DNA of 64,000 nucleotides from a virus. The notes under the pieces were generated by a model. That model was given only the letters and a program-made list of their open reading frames with translations. It had not been told where the DNA came from and did no database searches. Positions 28,294 to 36,428 of this stretch are shown piece after piece. The position numbers and the translations under genes are program-made. The stretch lies in IMG/VR virus record IMGVR_UViG_3300005338_000001, positions 1 to 64,000 of that record. The stretch is one strand, 5' to 3'. How positions within the stretch are numbered: position 1 is the stretch's first letter; each line of letters begins with the position of its first letter.

Positions 28294-28494
28294 CTATTCT
28301 TCGTCCCCGTAATCACCGCCCCAGCGGTCTGTGTCATCGCTGTCGTCGTCCAGCACCGCCTTGATGAGCCGATGCTGCTCCACCTGCAAGACTCCGATGG
28401 CCGACGCCAATGAAAGCTGGAACTCATGGCAGTAGCGCGTCACGAGTTTTGAAAGGTCCGCCTCGAAGGCGATGATTTGTTCGCGCTCAGTCAT
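28294..28494 (-). CDS. Hypothetical protein with acidic tail
   Basis: ATGA-coupled to the upstream ORF. Confidence 0.55.
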   Translation of the reverse strand: MTEREQIIAFEADLSKLVTRYCHEFQLSLASAIGVLQVEQHRLIKAVLDDDSDDTDRWGGDYGDEE

Positions 28495-29367
28495 GCGGTT
28501 GCCGTTTCTAGTCTCTTTGCGCCGATGAGCTGCCGCTGAATCCAGATCACCTTGATGACGGTCTTGCCGTTACCGCTGCGCTGGTGGCGAAAGTGTCCGC
28601 GACGCCAATGAATGCGGCGGTGCCCGTGCTCGTTGTCGCCTGCGTCGCCGATAACCGCTTCTGGCTTCCGATACGCGCGGCCAATGAAGTTCGGACTCCA
28701 CAGTTCGCACTGCTTTTTCTTTTTGTGCTCCTTTGCTTCGCGGACCTGAACGCCGGTTTCAATGAACTCAGGGCACGCCAGCATCCCAAGGATCAGTTGC
28801 AGCGCCGACTTCGGAATGCTCTTGCTCGCGAACAATTCCTCCTCGGGATTCATCGCCTCTCCATCGTTCTGTCCGTAATCCAATCCGAACCCGTGAACGG
28901 TTGCGTTTGAAGCTTCGGAAATTGCGGTGCTGTCGAGCGGACTTTCCCAAGTGAAAATCTTCCCGCTGGATGCGAGGGCTACGATGATCATCGTTTCGCG
29001 TCTCTCGTGAACGGGCCAGTTTGTGATGATGGATTTTTGCAGGAACGGATTACTCCACAGCGGTTGTTCAAACGCATACGTGCGACCCGGTTCAGTCTTG
29101 ATGACCGCCATCAGGTTGATGTGCCCGCATGGGCAGAGAAGCATTCCATGAGGCAGCGCAAACAGCATCGCCGGAAACGGCCACGGCATTTCTTCCATCG
29201 AGAAGTCAGCCGGAAGGTCTGTGTTGATGAGCGATTGAAACAGGTCTGCCGCCACAAAGAATGTAGGCACCTCAAAATCATTGAGCGCCCGGATCGCCTT
29301 CAGGACGGTGCCTCCCGTGTCGCGACTGAACGCAGTGCGATCAACAGCGTGTTCATCGGTGAACTCC
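28491..29367 (-). pseudogene. Phage hypothetical protein (C-terminal HWRRGHFRHQ motif), 5' end cut by the IS1-family element
   Basis: The reading frame runs into the IS left IR at 29368; the predicted start at 29405 lies inside the IS. Confidence 0.6.
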
Positions 29368-29433
29368 GGTCGTGTATCATTTTGAAAGATTTGCGGACTC
29401 GCCACGGTGCGGCGTCTGTGTCAGACGTGAGGG

Positions 29434-29550
29434 ATGAACACGAAGCTCAAGGGTAAGAAATTCGATCTCGCACAGCTCGGAAAAGCGATTGTGGATGCGG
29501 CGACCAAGCCCGCGAAGAAGCGTGCCGCGCGGAAAGTTGCAAAGCGCTGA
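29434..29550 (+). CDS. 38-aa basic peptide MNTKLKGKKFDLAQLGKAIVDAATKPAKKRAARKVAKR
   Basis: ORF just inside the IS left end, with GAGGG upstream; below the ORF-track cut-off. Confidence 0.5.
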   Translation: MNTKLKGKKFDLAQLGKAIVDAATKPAKKRAARKVAKR

Positions 29551-29651
29551 TTCGATTCGATCTCAGCGATCCCACTTGTTCGGCTTCATGACCGATAGGA
29601 ACGGCAGCCACAGCAGCACCAGAGGCGCTACAAGGATGGTGACGAGGGTTT

Positions 29652-29954
29652 TCACTTGTTCGGAGACTGCTGCGCCGTCAGCCGCTTGGCGAGCAGGAAC
29701 AGTCCGATGGCGACTGCGGCGCCGATCGCAACGACGATGCCTTGGACGAGTTCGGTGAAGTAGCCGGTTGAGTGGTACGGATGGAAGATGGATTGCGGGA
29801 CAAACTTCTGGCCGTGTCCGTCCGCGACCGCTGTGCCGTCTGGCGTGACGGTAAAGACCAGAAAGGCCAAGCACGCGTACCACGCTGTCCACAGGCCGGC
29901 CACGGCGGACACGATGTAGCAGCAGACTGCGAGAATCAGGCGGAGCGGTTTCAT
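29652..29954 (-). CDS. Two-TM membrane protein (IS cargo)
   Basis: Two hydrophobic segments; directly downstream of the protease. Confidence 0.6.
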   Translation of the reverse strand: MKPLRLILAVCCYIVSAVAGLWTAWYACLAFLVFTVTPDGTAVADGHGQKFVPQSIFHPYHSTGYFTELVQGIVVAIGAAVAIGLFLLAKRLTAQQSPNK

Positions 29955-29961
29955 GCGGCAA

Positions 29962-30783
29962 CTACCTCGCGAGCGTCAGCGGCATCAGGGTTGATCCGGA
30001 TTTGCGCCAAAGCCAGAGTGGCACATCTGCCGGCACCGCAAAGTTGAGCATCTGGCCTCGGATGAAATGAGACCTGACAACTGCCACAACCTTGCCACTG
30101 GCATCAATCACCGGGCCGCCGCTTGAACCGGGAGAGATGGCAGCGGTGATTTGCAGCATCTCATGCTCATCCTCATCCGTCCGTGTTCCGGAAACGATCC
30201 CTTCCGTGATTGAGAATTCAAAGCCCAGGGGATTGCCGATCACTGCAATGCGGGTGCCCGGAGCAACGCGGGTTGCATCGCTCAACTCTAAAAACGAGTG
30301 GTTTCTTCCGCCAGTGGAAAGCACCGCGATGTCGTAGTCCTTGTGCAGAGCGATTGCACCAGCCACGTTGTACACATCGCCGTTGATCGTCTTCACTGTG
30401 GCTGTGTGCGCGCCCTCCACCACGTGAAAGTTGGTCACCAGCAATCCGTCCTCGGAAATGAAGAAACCGGATCCGGTAGCGGTCTTTCTTCCAAATACGT
30501 CAAAGACAGAAATCCGCACAACCGCTCTGCTCGCGTCTTCAAAAATGCGCGCAGTGTCGAACGGTCGCGACGGCTTCTCAGCGCGGACAGGCGCAGGCGT
30601 CTCGGCAGCCGAAGCGGTTTCCTTGACTGGCGTTGCGTTGTTCCCCGAGTCCTGCCGCAGCGCTCCGATGACCAGCACTAGGGCAATCAGTCCGCCAGCA
30701 ACCCAGCAAGCAATCTGCACCCGCTGATTCAAGCGTTCTGCGGGAGGAGTCTTTCGCAAAATTACCTTCGGTACTCTTCTCAT
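29962..30783 (-). CDS. Membrane-anchored trypsin-like (S1C/HtrA-type, no PDZ) serine protease
   Basis: TM helix, GSGFFI..LVTNFHVV (His), YDIAVL (Asp), ISPGSSGGP (Ser). Confidence 0.9.
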   Translation of the reverse strand: MRRVPKVILRKTPPAERLNQRVQIACWVAGGLIALVLVIGALRQDSGNNATPVKETASAAETPAPVRAEKPSRPFDTARIFEDASRAVVRISVFDVFGRKTATGSGFFISEDGLLVTNFHVVEGAHTATVKTINGDVYNVAGAIALHKDYDIAVLSTGGRNHSFLELSDATRVAPGTRIAVIGNPLGFEFSITEGIVSGTRTDEDEHEMLQITAAISPGSSGGPVIDASGKVVAVVRSHFIRGQMLNFAVPADVPLWLWRKSGSTLMPLTLAR

Positions 30784-31121
30784 GGCATCTGTGGTGCTCT
30801 GAAAACGAGCGGCGCGGTCACCGCATCCCGCCGAGGCACCTGAGAGAGCCAGCACGGTAATGACAGCGACCGCGCCTATCCGGCGCGATGGCTGCAAAGG
30901 ACCGTGCGTGAAAATTCTCAGGTTTTCGGCGGGCCGTTCGCAGAACGCGAAATTGAATGTTGTTGTCCGCTGAAATCAGCCAACGCAAGCGGTTGCGTCA
31001 ACACAAGAATCACTGGAAGCGCTTGGAGAGATTCGTTCGGCTTTTAGCGTCACGTTTTTGGGTTGCGAAAAGAGTTGCAAAAAAGAGTTGCGTAGGTCCG
31101 CAACACCTGTATCATGCCCTC

Positions 31122-31553
31122 ATGAACGAAGACGATTTTGACTCTCAGATTCAACGCGACATCACTGCGATGGAAACGGAATTACGCGACCTTCAGCGCG
31201 CACTCGATGCAGCACGAACGTATCGTGCGCTCCGTCGCAAAAAGGGCGGCGTGAAATCGCCGACCATGACCCCCGATCCGATGCTGCCGCTGACTGCAAA
31301 TCACACAGCGAAGAACGGCAGCAACAAGAAACAGACCGCCGCGAAGGCGATCCGCGAAGCCATTGCATCGTGTGCGACCGACTACACGGTTTACGATCTG
31401 GGGCGCATCCTCGCGGCGCGCGGCACGCCAGTTGGCCGGCCTGCACTCTCACAGTTCCTGTCCCGGCTTTTGAAGGACAAGGAAATCACCCTCAAGACTC
31501 CGGGCAAAGGTCCGAAACCAAACGTCTTCACCAAGGAGGTAACAACCACGTAG
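31122..31553 (+). CDS. Coiled-coil plus winged-HTH-like DNA-binding protein (IS cargo)
   Basis: N-terminal coiled coil, C-terminal YTVYDL...ALSQFLSRLLKDKEI...GKG; start reassigned to ATG 31122 behind TTGCGT-N16-TATCAT. Confidence 0.6.
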   Translation: MNEDDFDSQIQRDITAMETELRDLQRALDAARTYRALRRKKGGVKSPTMTPDPMLPLTANHTAKNGSNKKQTAAKAIREAIASCATDYTVYDLGRILAARGTPVGRPALSQFLSRLLKDKEITLKTPGKGPKPNVFTKEVTTT

Positions 31554-31594
31554 AAAAAGCGAACCCGGCGAGCGCTGAAACGCCTGCCGGGTTC
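31554..31594. terminator. GC-rich hairpin with an A-tract on its 5' side, between the DNA-binding gene and the tRNA
   Basis: GAACCCGGC...GCCGGGTTC stem. Confidence 0.55.
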
Positions 31595-31599
31595 TAATT

Positions 31600-31672
31600 G
31601 TCGTAGTAGCTCAATGGATAGAGCACCTGTCTGCTAAACGGGAGGTTGCTGGTTCGAGACCAGCCTACGACG
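31600..31672 (+). tRNA. tRNA with anticodon GCT (Ser) on a class I, Arg-like body
   Basis: GTCGTAG/CTACGAC acceptor, GCTC-AATGGATA-GAGC D arm, CCTGT-CTGCTAA-ACGGG anticodon arm, 5-nt variable loop AGGTT, GCTGG-TTCGAGA-CCAGC T arm, G73. Confidence 0.88.
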
Positions 31673-31761
31673 CAACTAACAAACCAGCGGTTGCCCGCCA
31701 GCCTGCACATTGACACGCGCAAGGTAACGACGGGACCGCTTAAAAGCAAGCACAAAATCCC

Positions 31762-32613
31762 ATGAACAAACTCGACCGTTCCAAGCGCGCGCAAATCCTG
31801 CGCTGTCTCACTGAAGGCACTTCCATTCGTGCCGCTGCACGCCTCACCGACTGCGCGATCAACAGCGTGGTGAAACTCCTGATTCAAGCGGGCCGCGCCT
31901 GCACGGAGTATCAGGATCGCACACTCCGAAAACTCAACTGCCAGAGGCTGCAACTCGATGAGGTTTGGAGCTTCGTTTATTGCAAGGAAAAGAACGCCAC
32001 TGCGGAAGAAAAAGCCGCTGGCGCTGGCGACGCGTGGACGTGGACGGCACTCGACGCGGACTCAAAGGCAATCGTCGGCTGGTTTGTCGGCCCGCGCAAC
32101 GCGCGCTCGGCATTCCATTTCATCGGCGACCTTGTTGATCGGATGGCTTCGCGCAAAGTGCAGATCACAACCGATGGATTGAGTCTCTACGTCAACCCCG
32201 TGCATTCGATGTTCTGTGGCGAGGCCGATTACGCGCAGTTGCAGAAAATCTACGGCACAGAGCCGATGCCGTCTGGCCGATACAGTCCCGCGCAATGCAT
32301 GGGGAGTCGTCGCGCTGTGCTCAACGGCAACCCCGATCCCGCACATGTTTCAACGTCCTACGTGGAACGCCAGCATTTGACGCTGCGCATGAACAACCGC
32401 CGCTTTACGCGCCTCACGAACGCCTTTTCAAAGAAGCTGCAAAACCTTGAGCACTCCGTTGCGCTCTACACGATGAGCTACAACTTCTGCAAGATTCACA
32501 GTTCGCACCGCGTCACTCCCGCAATGCAGCTTGGAATTGCGGATCACGTGTGGGAGACAGAAGAGATCGTTGACCTGATTGACGCTCTCGAAATGGCTGG
32601 AAATTCAAAATGA
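31762..32613 (+). CDS. IS1-family DDE transposase
   Basis: N-terminal HTH (EGTSIRAAARL), LQLDEVWSFV, ITTDG, SYVERQHLTLR; stop codon lies in the right IR. Confidence 0.88.
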   Translation: MNKLDRSKRAQILRCLTEGTSIRAAARLTDCAINSVVKLLIQAGRACTEYQDRTLRKLNCQRLQLDEVWSFVYCKEKNATAEEKAAGAGDAWTWTALDADSKAIVGWFVGPRNARSAFHFIGDLVDRMASRKVQITTDGLSLYVNPVHSMFCGEADYAQLQKIYGTEPMPSGRYSPAQCMGSRRAVLNGNPDPAHVSTSYVERQHLTLRMNNRRFTRLTNAFSKKLQNLEHSVALYTMSYNFCKIHSSHRVTPAMQLGIADHVWETEEIVDLIDALEMAGNSK

Positions 32614-32621
32614 TACACGAC

Positions 32622-33125
32622 CTAGAAATCAATGATGTTGTGAGAGGACAGGATGCTGACAGGAGGAAGATCGCAATCAACCAGAGCCATCCCCACATCT
32701 TCGGCATGTGCTTGCAGCAATGGCAGGCGCGTCGTAACCAGCATCTGGCAGTTCATGTAGGCCGCCTCCACCAGCACACGGACATCTTGGCGAGATCCAC
32801 CAGGCAGGACATTTCTTGCGAGGATTTTGCTCACGTGCATTTTGGTGACTGCTTTTTGAGTGTCCGTAAATGCCGGGCAATCGCAATCACTGTCCTCAAT
32901 TTCTTGCCGCACCAATCTGGCTCGTTCGCGTTGTTCCCTGTCTGCTGATTCCGTTTCTGTGGCTGCAATCTCCACAAGAACGGATGGACAGATGATGAGA
33001 TCGAGCCGGAGTTTTTTCCGGAGAACTTGGATTGCTTTCGTGTGATGCGAAATTCCAAACCGCTCCGCAAACAACACTTTCGTGTCAAGAGCAGCCCTAC
33101 GCGGCTGTTCTTGGGCAAGAGCCAT
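32622..33125 (-). CDS. PIN-domain-like protein, 3' end abutting the IS1 right IR
   Basis: ALDTKVL, ICPSVLVEI, DVRVLVEAA, MLVT motifs; the stop codon uses the terminal base of the IS. Confidence 0.6.
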   Translation of the reverse strand: MALAQEQPRRAALDTKVLFAERFGISHHTKAIQVLRKKLRLDLIICPSVLVEIAATETESADREQRERARLVRQEIEDSDCDCPAFTDTQKAVTKMHVSKILARNVLPGGSRQDVRVLVEAAYMNCQMLVTTRLPLLQAHAEDVGMALVDCDLPPVSILSSHNIIDF

Positions 33126-33255
33126 TTTCGGAACGAGCGTAGTTTTCCAACTGCGTCAACTGCTCATCGGTGTAGTCGCTGAGCCGCTCACGAACTTCGT
33201 CCAATTCGGCTCCGATGGCGCTCTCAAAAGCTTCTTCTGTTGGTGTCGTGTTCAT
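33097..33255 (-). CDS. 52-aa acidic protein overlapping the PIN gene start (possible antitoxin)
   Basis: MNTTPTEEAFESAIGAELDEVRERLSDY...; toxin-antitoxin-like arrangement. Confidence 0.45.
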   Translation of the reverse strand: MNTTPTEEAFESAIGAELDEVRERLSDYTDEQLTQLENYARSENGSCPRTAA

Positions 33256-33499
33256 GGTGTCGTGTTCTTAGCGAACAGTTCGCAAATCCTGCGAACTGGC
33301 GCAAGTAGAATGTAACATTTTTGTTTAAAAAAACTTTAAATTACCTCTGAAACAGTCCGAAAACGTCCCACAAAAGGTCCAAAAATGTTCCAGAAAAACT
33401 CCACTCTGTGAGAGCGGTTTTTTCCAGCGAAGAGAGATAGAATTTTGAGGCACGGCAACCCTCCATTCAAGCAGAGCCCGTTCCAAACGCCAGCACGTT

Positions 33500-34483
33500 T
33501 TACAGTCCACCCGTCGTGTCGTGCATCGTGAGCCGCTTTCCCTGTGCCTGTTTCAGTCCGGCAACCGTGCGTTCGCCGTCCGTTTCCTTCCGGCTGTTCC
33601 AGCGGAAATCGAACTCCGCGACGTAGCGCCCAAGGTGCTTGCGCGAGATGTGATGGAAGTTTCCGATCACGCCACGGCGCAAAAGCGAGAACGAGCTTTC
33701 CGCGTAGTTCGTGGAAACAACTTCGCCGTCCGGCTCGGTGCGCTGGTATTCGCGTTTCCCGCCAGCCTTTCCGTGCGTCACGAATTTGTGGCGGAAGTCC
33801 GCGCCGAGTTTCTTGTATCCGGGATGCTCGTCCGTGTGAATGGTGGAACCCGCCGCCACGTGCTCACACACGGCTTCGCGCAGGTTCTTGCCCGTCACGA
33901 TCTCGGAAAGCACAACGGAGCGGCGCTTGCCCGTCTGGCGCTCTACTAACGCCACGACGGCAGACTTTGATCCACGGCGGAATCCCTTGCCCTTCGTTTT
34001 CGGACCGTAGTAACACTCGTCAACCTCTACCATACCGTTCAGTTTTCCATCGGGAGTGACATCGGCCAGAGAGTGGCGGATGCGATGGCAGAGAAACCAC
34101 GCGGACTTGTAGGAGCCGAGTCCAAGGTGACGCTGCATCTGCTTTGCGCTCATTCCCTTTTTCGCACCGCTCATGAGATACCAAGCGATCAACCACTTAT
34201 CGAGGGTGATGTGCGAGTCTTCAAAAATCGTTCCCACCGTGACGCGGAAAGACTTTTTGCACTCTGCGCACTGGCGCAAGCCGACACGGATTTTCTTTTC
34301 TTTGTTCGCCGTGAGCTTCCAAATTTTCTCCGCGTCCGCGTTTCCGCAGTGCGGGCAAACGGGACCGTTTTTCCAGAGGATCGTTTCCATGTATTCGATG
34401 GCTTTCTCCTCTGTGGAGAAGCGCGCCATGATTTCGGGAAGCGTCAAATCTTCCGGCGTGAGAAACGTGTTGCTCTTGTTCAT
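33500..34483 (-). CDS. IS1595-family (ISXO2-like) transposase
   Basis: Zn ribbon CPHC/CAEC, TIFEDSH, VEVDECY, IHTDE, TNYAESSFSLLRR, YVAEFDFRWN. Confidence 0.92.
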   Translation of the reverse strand: MNKSNTFLTPEDLTLPEIMARFSTEEKAIEYMETILWKNGPVCPHCGNADAEKIWKLTANKEKKIRVGLRQCAECKKSFRVTVGTIFEDSHITLDKWLIAWYLMSGAKKGMSAKQMQRHLGLGSYKSAWFLCHRIRHSLADVTPDGKLNGMVEVDECYYGPKTKGKGFRRGSKSAVVALVERQTGKRRSVVLSEIVTGKNLREAVCEHVAAGSTIHTDEHPGYKKLGADFRHKFVTHGKAGGKREYQRTEPDGEVVSTNYAESSFSLLRRGVIGNFHHISRKHLGRYVAEFDFRWNSRKETDGERTVAGLKQAQGKRLTMHDTTGGL

Positions 34484-34530
34484 GCGCGAAGAATCTCACC
34501 GCGTAGAACAATTGTCAAGGGGATAATCCC

Positions 34531-35315
34531 GAAATGTTGTCGTAACGGTTGACGTAACCGCGAGCGACTTTTTGCAAATAGTCCTTTCGCTGATTCGCGA
34601 CCCGCTCATGGATTCTCGCCGCACGACTCGCTGCTTTCTTGCGACGGTTACTGCCTTTTGTTCGGCGGGCAATCATACGCTGCGCGATGCGCAGTGCCCT
34701 CAGTGTGTGTTTGAGGTGCCGTGGATTCTCAACCTTGTTGCCTTCACTGTCCGCGACCAGATGCTTGAGTCCGAAGTCCAATCCTACGCTCAGTCCTGTT
34801 TTTGGAAGTTCTTCGGTCTCAGTTGCGCACACGGCCTGCAAATACCAACCACTCGGCTTGTGAAGGATTCGGCAGAATTTGAGCACGCCATTGATGTCCC
34901 GATGCCGATTGAACCGGATGCGTCCCCCGAGCATCTTTCCGGCCTTGAAATAGCTTTCGGAAATCCCATTGCTTACGGCATCTCGGAACTGGATGGAATG
35001 CCATCGGTTCGCACCCTTGAAGCGCGGGAAGCCTTTCTTGTTCGCGCCCTCCTTGCAGCGCCGAAAGAAGTTCGCAAAAGAAACATGCAAACGCTTGAGT
35101 GTGGTATCCACAACCACGGCGGGAATCTCAGGATGCTCTTTGCTGCCGTGCTTTTTGTCCTGCGCGAAAAGGTTCATGTGCTTTCCGGTCGCCTTGTAGT
35201 GGGAAACCAGTTCCACCAGCGCGGAATTGTAGAGTTCCCGCGACAATCGCAGCGTCTTCCACAGCGCAGTTTCCTGCGACGGATTCGGCCTGAGACGAAA
35301 TTCGTAGGTGAGCAT
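34531..35315 (-). pseudogene. tnpB: TnpB (IS200/IS605 RNA-guided nuclease), truncated by the IS1595 insertion
   Basis: YEFRLRPN, LYNSAL, GFPRFK, RuvC-I VGLDFG, bridge helix GSNRRKKA; breaks at YDNI; RuvC-II/III and Zn finger absent. Confidence 0.88.
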
Positions 35316-35396
35316 CTTCGGCATGATGGCGCGCGCAAAAAGAAAGTGCAAGAAATATCTTGACCGTTTTTGGACCACCGTGGTAGATGTAGTCCC

Positions 35397-35558
35397 ATGC
35401 CGAAGAAAACTGCACGCAATTACGACGAGGATTACCGCGCCAGAATCCCCGCAACATTACTTCCGCCGCTGACGAAGCTCGCGCAAAAAGGCAGCCGCAA
35501 AGTTCCGCAGGAAGTGATTCTCGCGGTGTCCAACCACATCAAGCGTTCTGGAAAATGA
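35397..35558 (+). CDS. Ribbon-helix-helix (Arc-like) regulator
   Basis: YRARIP..LL..L..LA...RKV..EVI..V pattern; divergent from tnpB. Confidence 0.55.
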   Translation: MPKKTARNYDEDYRARIPATLLPPLTKLAQKGSRKVPQEVILAVSNHIKRSGK

Positions 35559-35809
35559 GCACCCCCACGACTCACGAACTGAAAACTTGGCCCGAGTTTT
35601 TCGAGCGCATTCTGGACGGCTCGAAACCGTTTGAGATTCGGCGCGGTGATCGCAACTTCAAAGTCGGCGACACGCTGCTGCTCAAGGAATGGAAGCCGAT
35701 GGCGCGCGAGTACACGGGCCGAGAGGTTCGCAAGGTCATCACCTACACACTGACCGGCATGGGCCTTGAAGCTGGCTTCATCGCGCTCGGACTCGCAACT
35801 GCACCATGA
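35555..35809 (+). CDS. ASCH/PUA-like (DUF3850-type) protein
   Basis: HELKTWPEFF..ILDGSKPFEIR..DRNFKVGDTL.L.EW. Confidence 0.85.
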   Translation: MSTPTTHELKTWPEFFERILDGSKPFEIRRGDRNFKVGDTLLLKEWKPMAREYTGREVRKVITYTLTGMGLEAGFIALGLATAP

Positions 35810-36246
35810 CCCCGCATCCTGACCCCTTGTCGCAGGAGACGAAGCGCATCCGGCTGGCGGAGGCGGCGGGCTGGCGATTTGTCAGAGCTACGTATCGCGG
35901 CAGATCCGTCTGCCCCAAAGAAGGACTGTCGCTACTGTGGTTTATCGACAAGGTTGAATCGAGTCGCGACTGGCTTGTCGAAGAAACAAGCGAGCGGCGT
36001 GATTTGGAGCCTCACGAAATCGACTGCCTTCCAGACTTCTTTGTCGATCTCAACGCGACGCACGCGCTGGAGAAGCTGCTGACGCCAGCGCAAGCGCAGA
36101 GCTACTTCCAGACCATTCGAAAAATCATTAGTGAACCGCCAGAAGGATCAGAAGTAACCATTTCCTGTTTCTACATCCACGCCAACGCCGCAACCCGCGG
36201 CGAAGCGCTAGGTTCGGCGCTCGGCCTCTGGCAGACGGGGCAGTAG
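35806..36246 (+). CDS. Hypothetical phage protein
   Basis: ATGA-coupled; LPDF..DLNA.HALEK motif. Confidence 0.6.
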   Translation: MTPHPDPLSQETKRIRLAEAAGWRFVRATYRGRSVCPKEGLSLLWFIDKVESSRDWLVEETSERRDLEPHEIDCLPDFFVDLNATHALEKLLTPAQAQSYFQTIRKIISEPPEGSEVTISCFYIHANAATRGEALGSALGLWQTGQ

Positions 36247-36260
36247 CGACACTCACCACT

Positions 36261-36428
36261 ATGACTAAAACACAAAAACTCATCACTGGATGGTTGATGC
36301 TACTCGCTGCCGCTATTCTCATCGCAACTGGATTCGGACTCGTTTTTGGAGTGTCTGGAGTCTGCATTTCGCTTGGAGTCACATTGGTGTTTTACGCCAT
36401 CGGATTCTTCGCAGGAGCCGACGTATGA
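36261..36428 (+). CDS. Small hydrophobic membrane protein (55 aa)
   Basis: MTKTQKLITGWLMLLAAAILIATGFGLVFG...; stop overlaps the RusA start. Confidence 0.5.
   Translation: MTKTQKLITGWLMLLAAAILIATGFGLVFGVSGVCISLGVTLVFYAIGFFAGADV

Larger units (their letters stand above)
29368..32622 (+). mobile_element. IS1-family cargo transposon, 3,255 bp
   Basis: Perfect 19-bp terminal inverted repeats GGTCGTGTATCATTTTGAA (29368-29386) and TTCAAAATGATACACGACC (32604-32622); DDE transposase at the right end; no target-site duplication. Confidence 0.9.
32623..34530 (-). mobile_element. IS1595-family element, left end present, right end not found
   Basis: End-like sequence GGGATTATCCCCTTGACAA (minus strand from 34530) interrupts tnpB; transposase and PIN cargo follow. 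Confidence 0.7.

Noticed and set aside
29962-30897. Longer N-terminus (lipoprotein-like ASAGC) for the protease
   Set aside because: Depends on a TTG start; ATG 30783 followed by a single TM helix is more plausible, though the extension cannot be fully excluded
31600-31672. tRNA as an attB/attP integration site
   Set aside because: No integrase in the window, no duplicated tRNA 3' end seen, and the tRNA lies inside the IS inverted repeats
34531-35315. Active TnpB/Cas12-like RNA-guided system
   Set aside because: Truncated before RuvC-II; no Zn finger, RuvC-III, downstream omega-RNA end or CRISPR array visible
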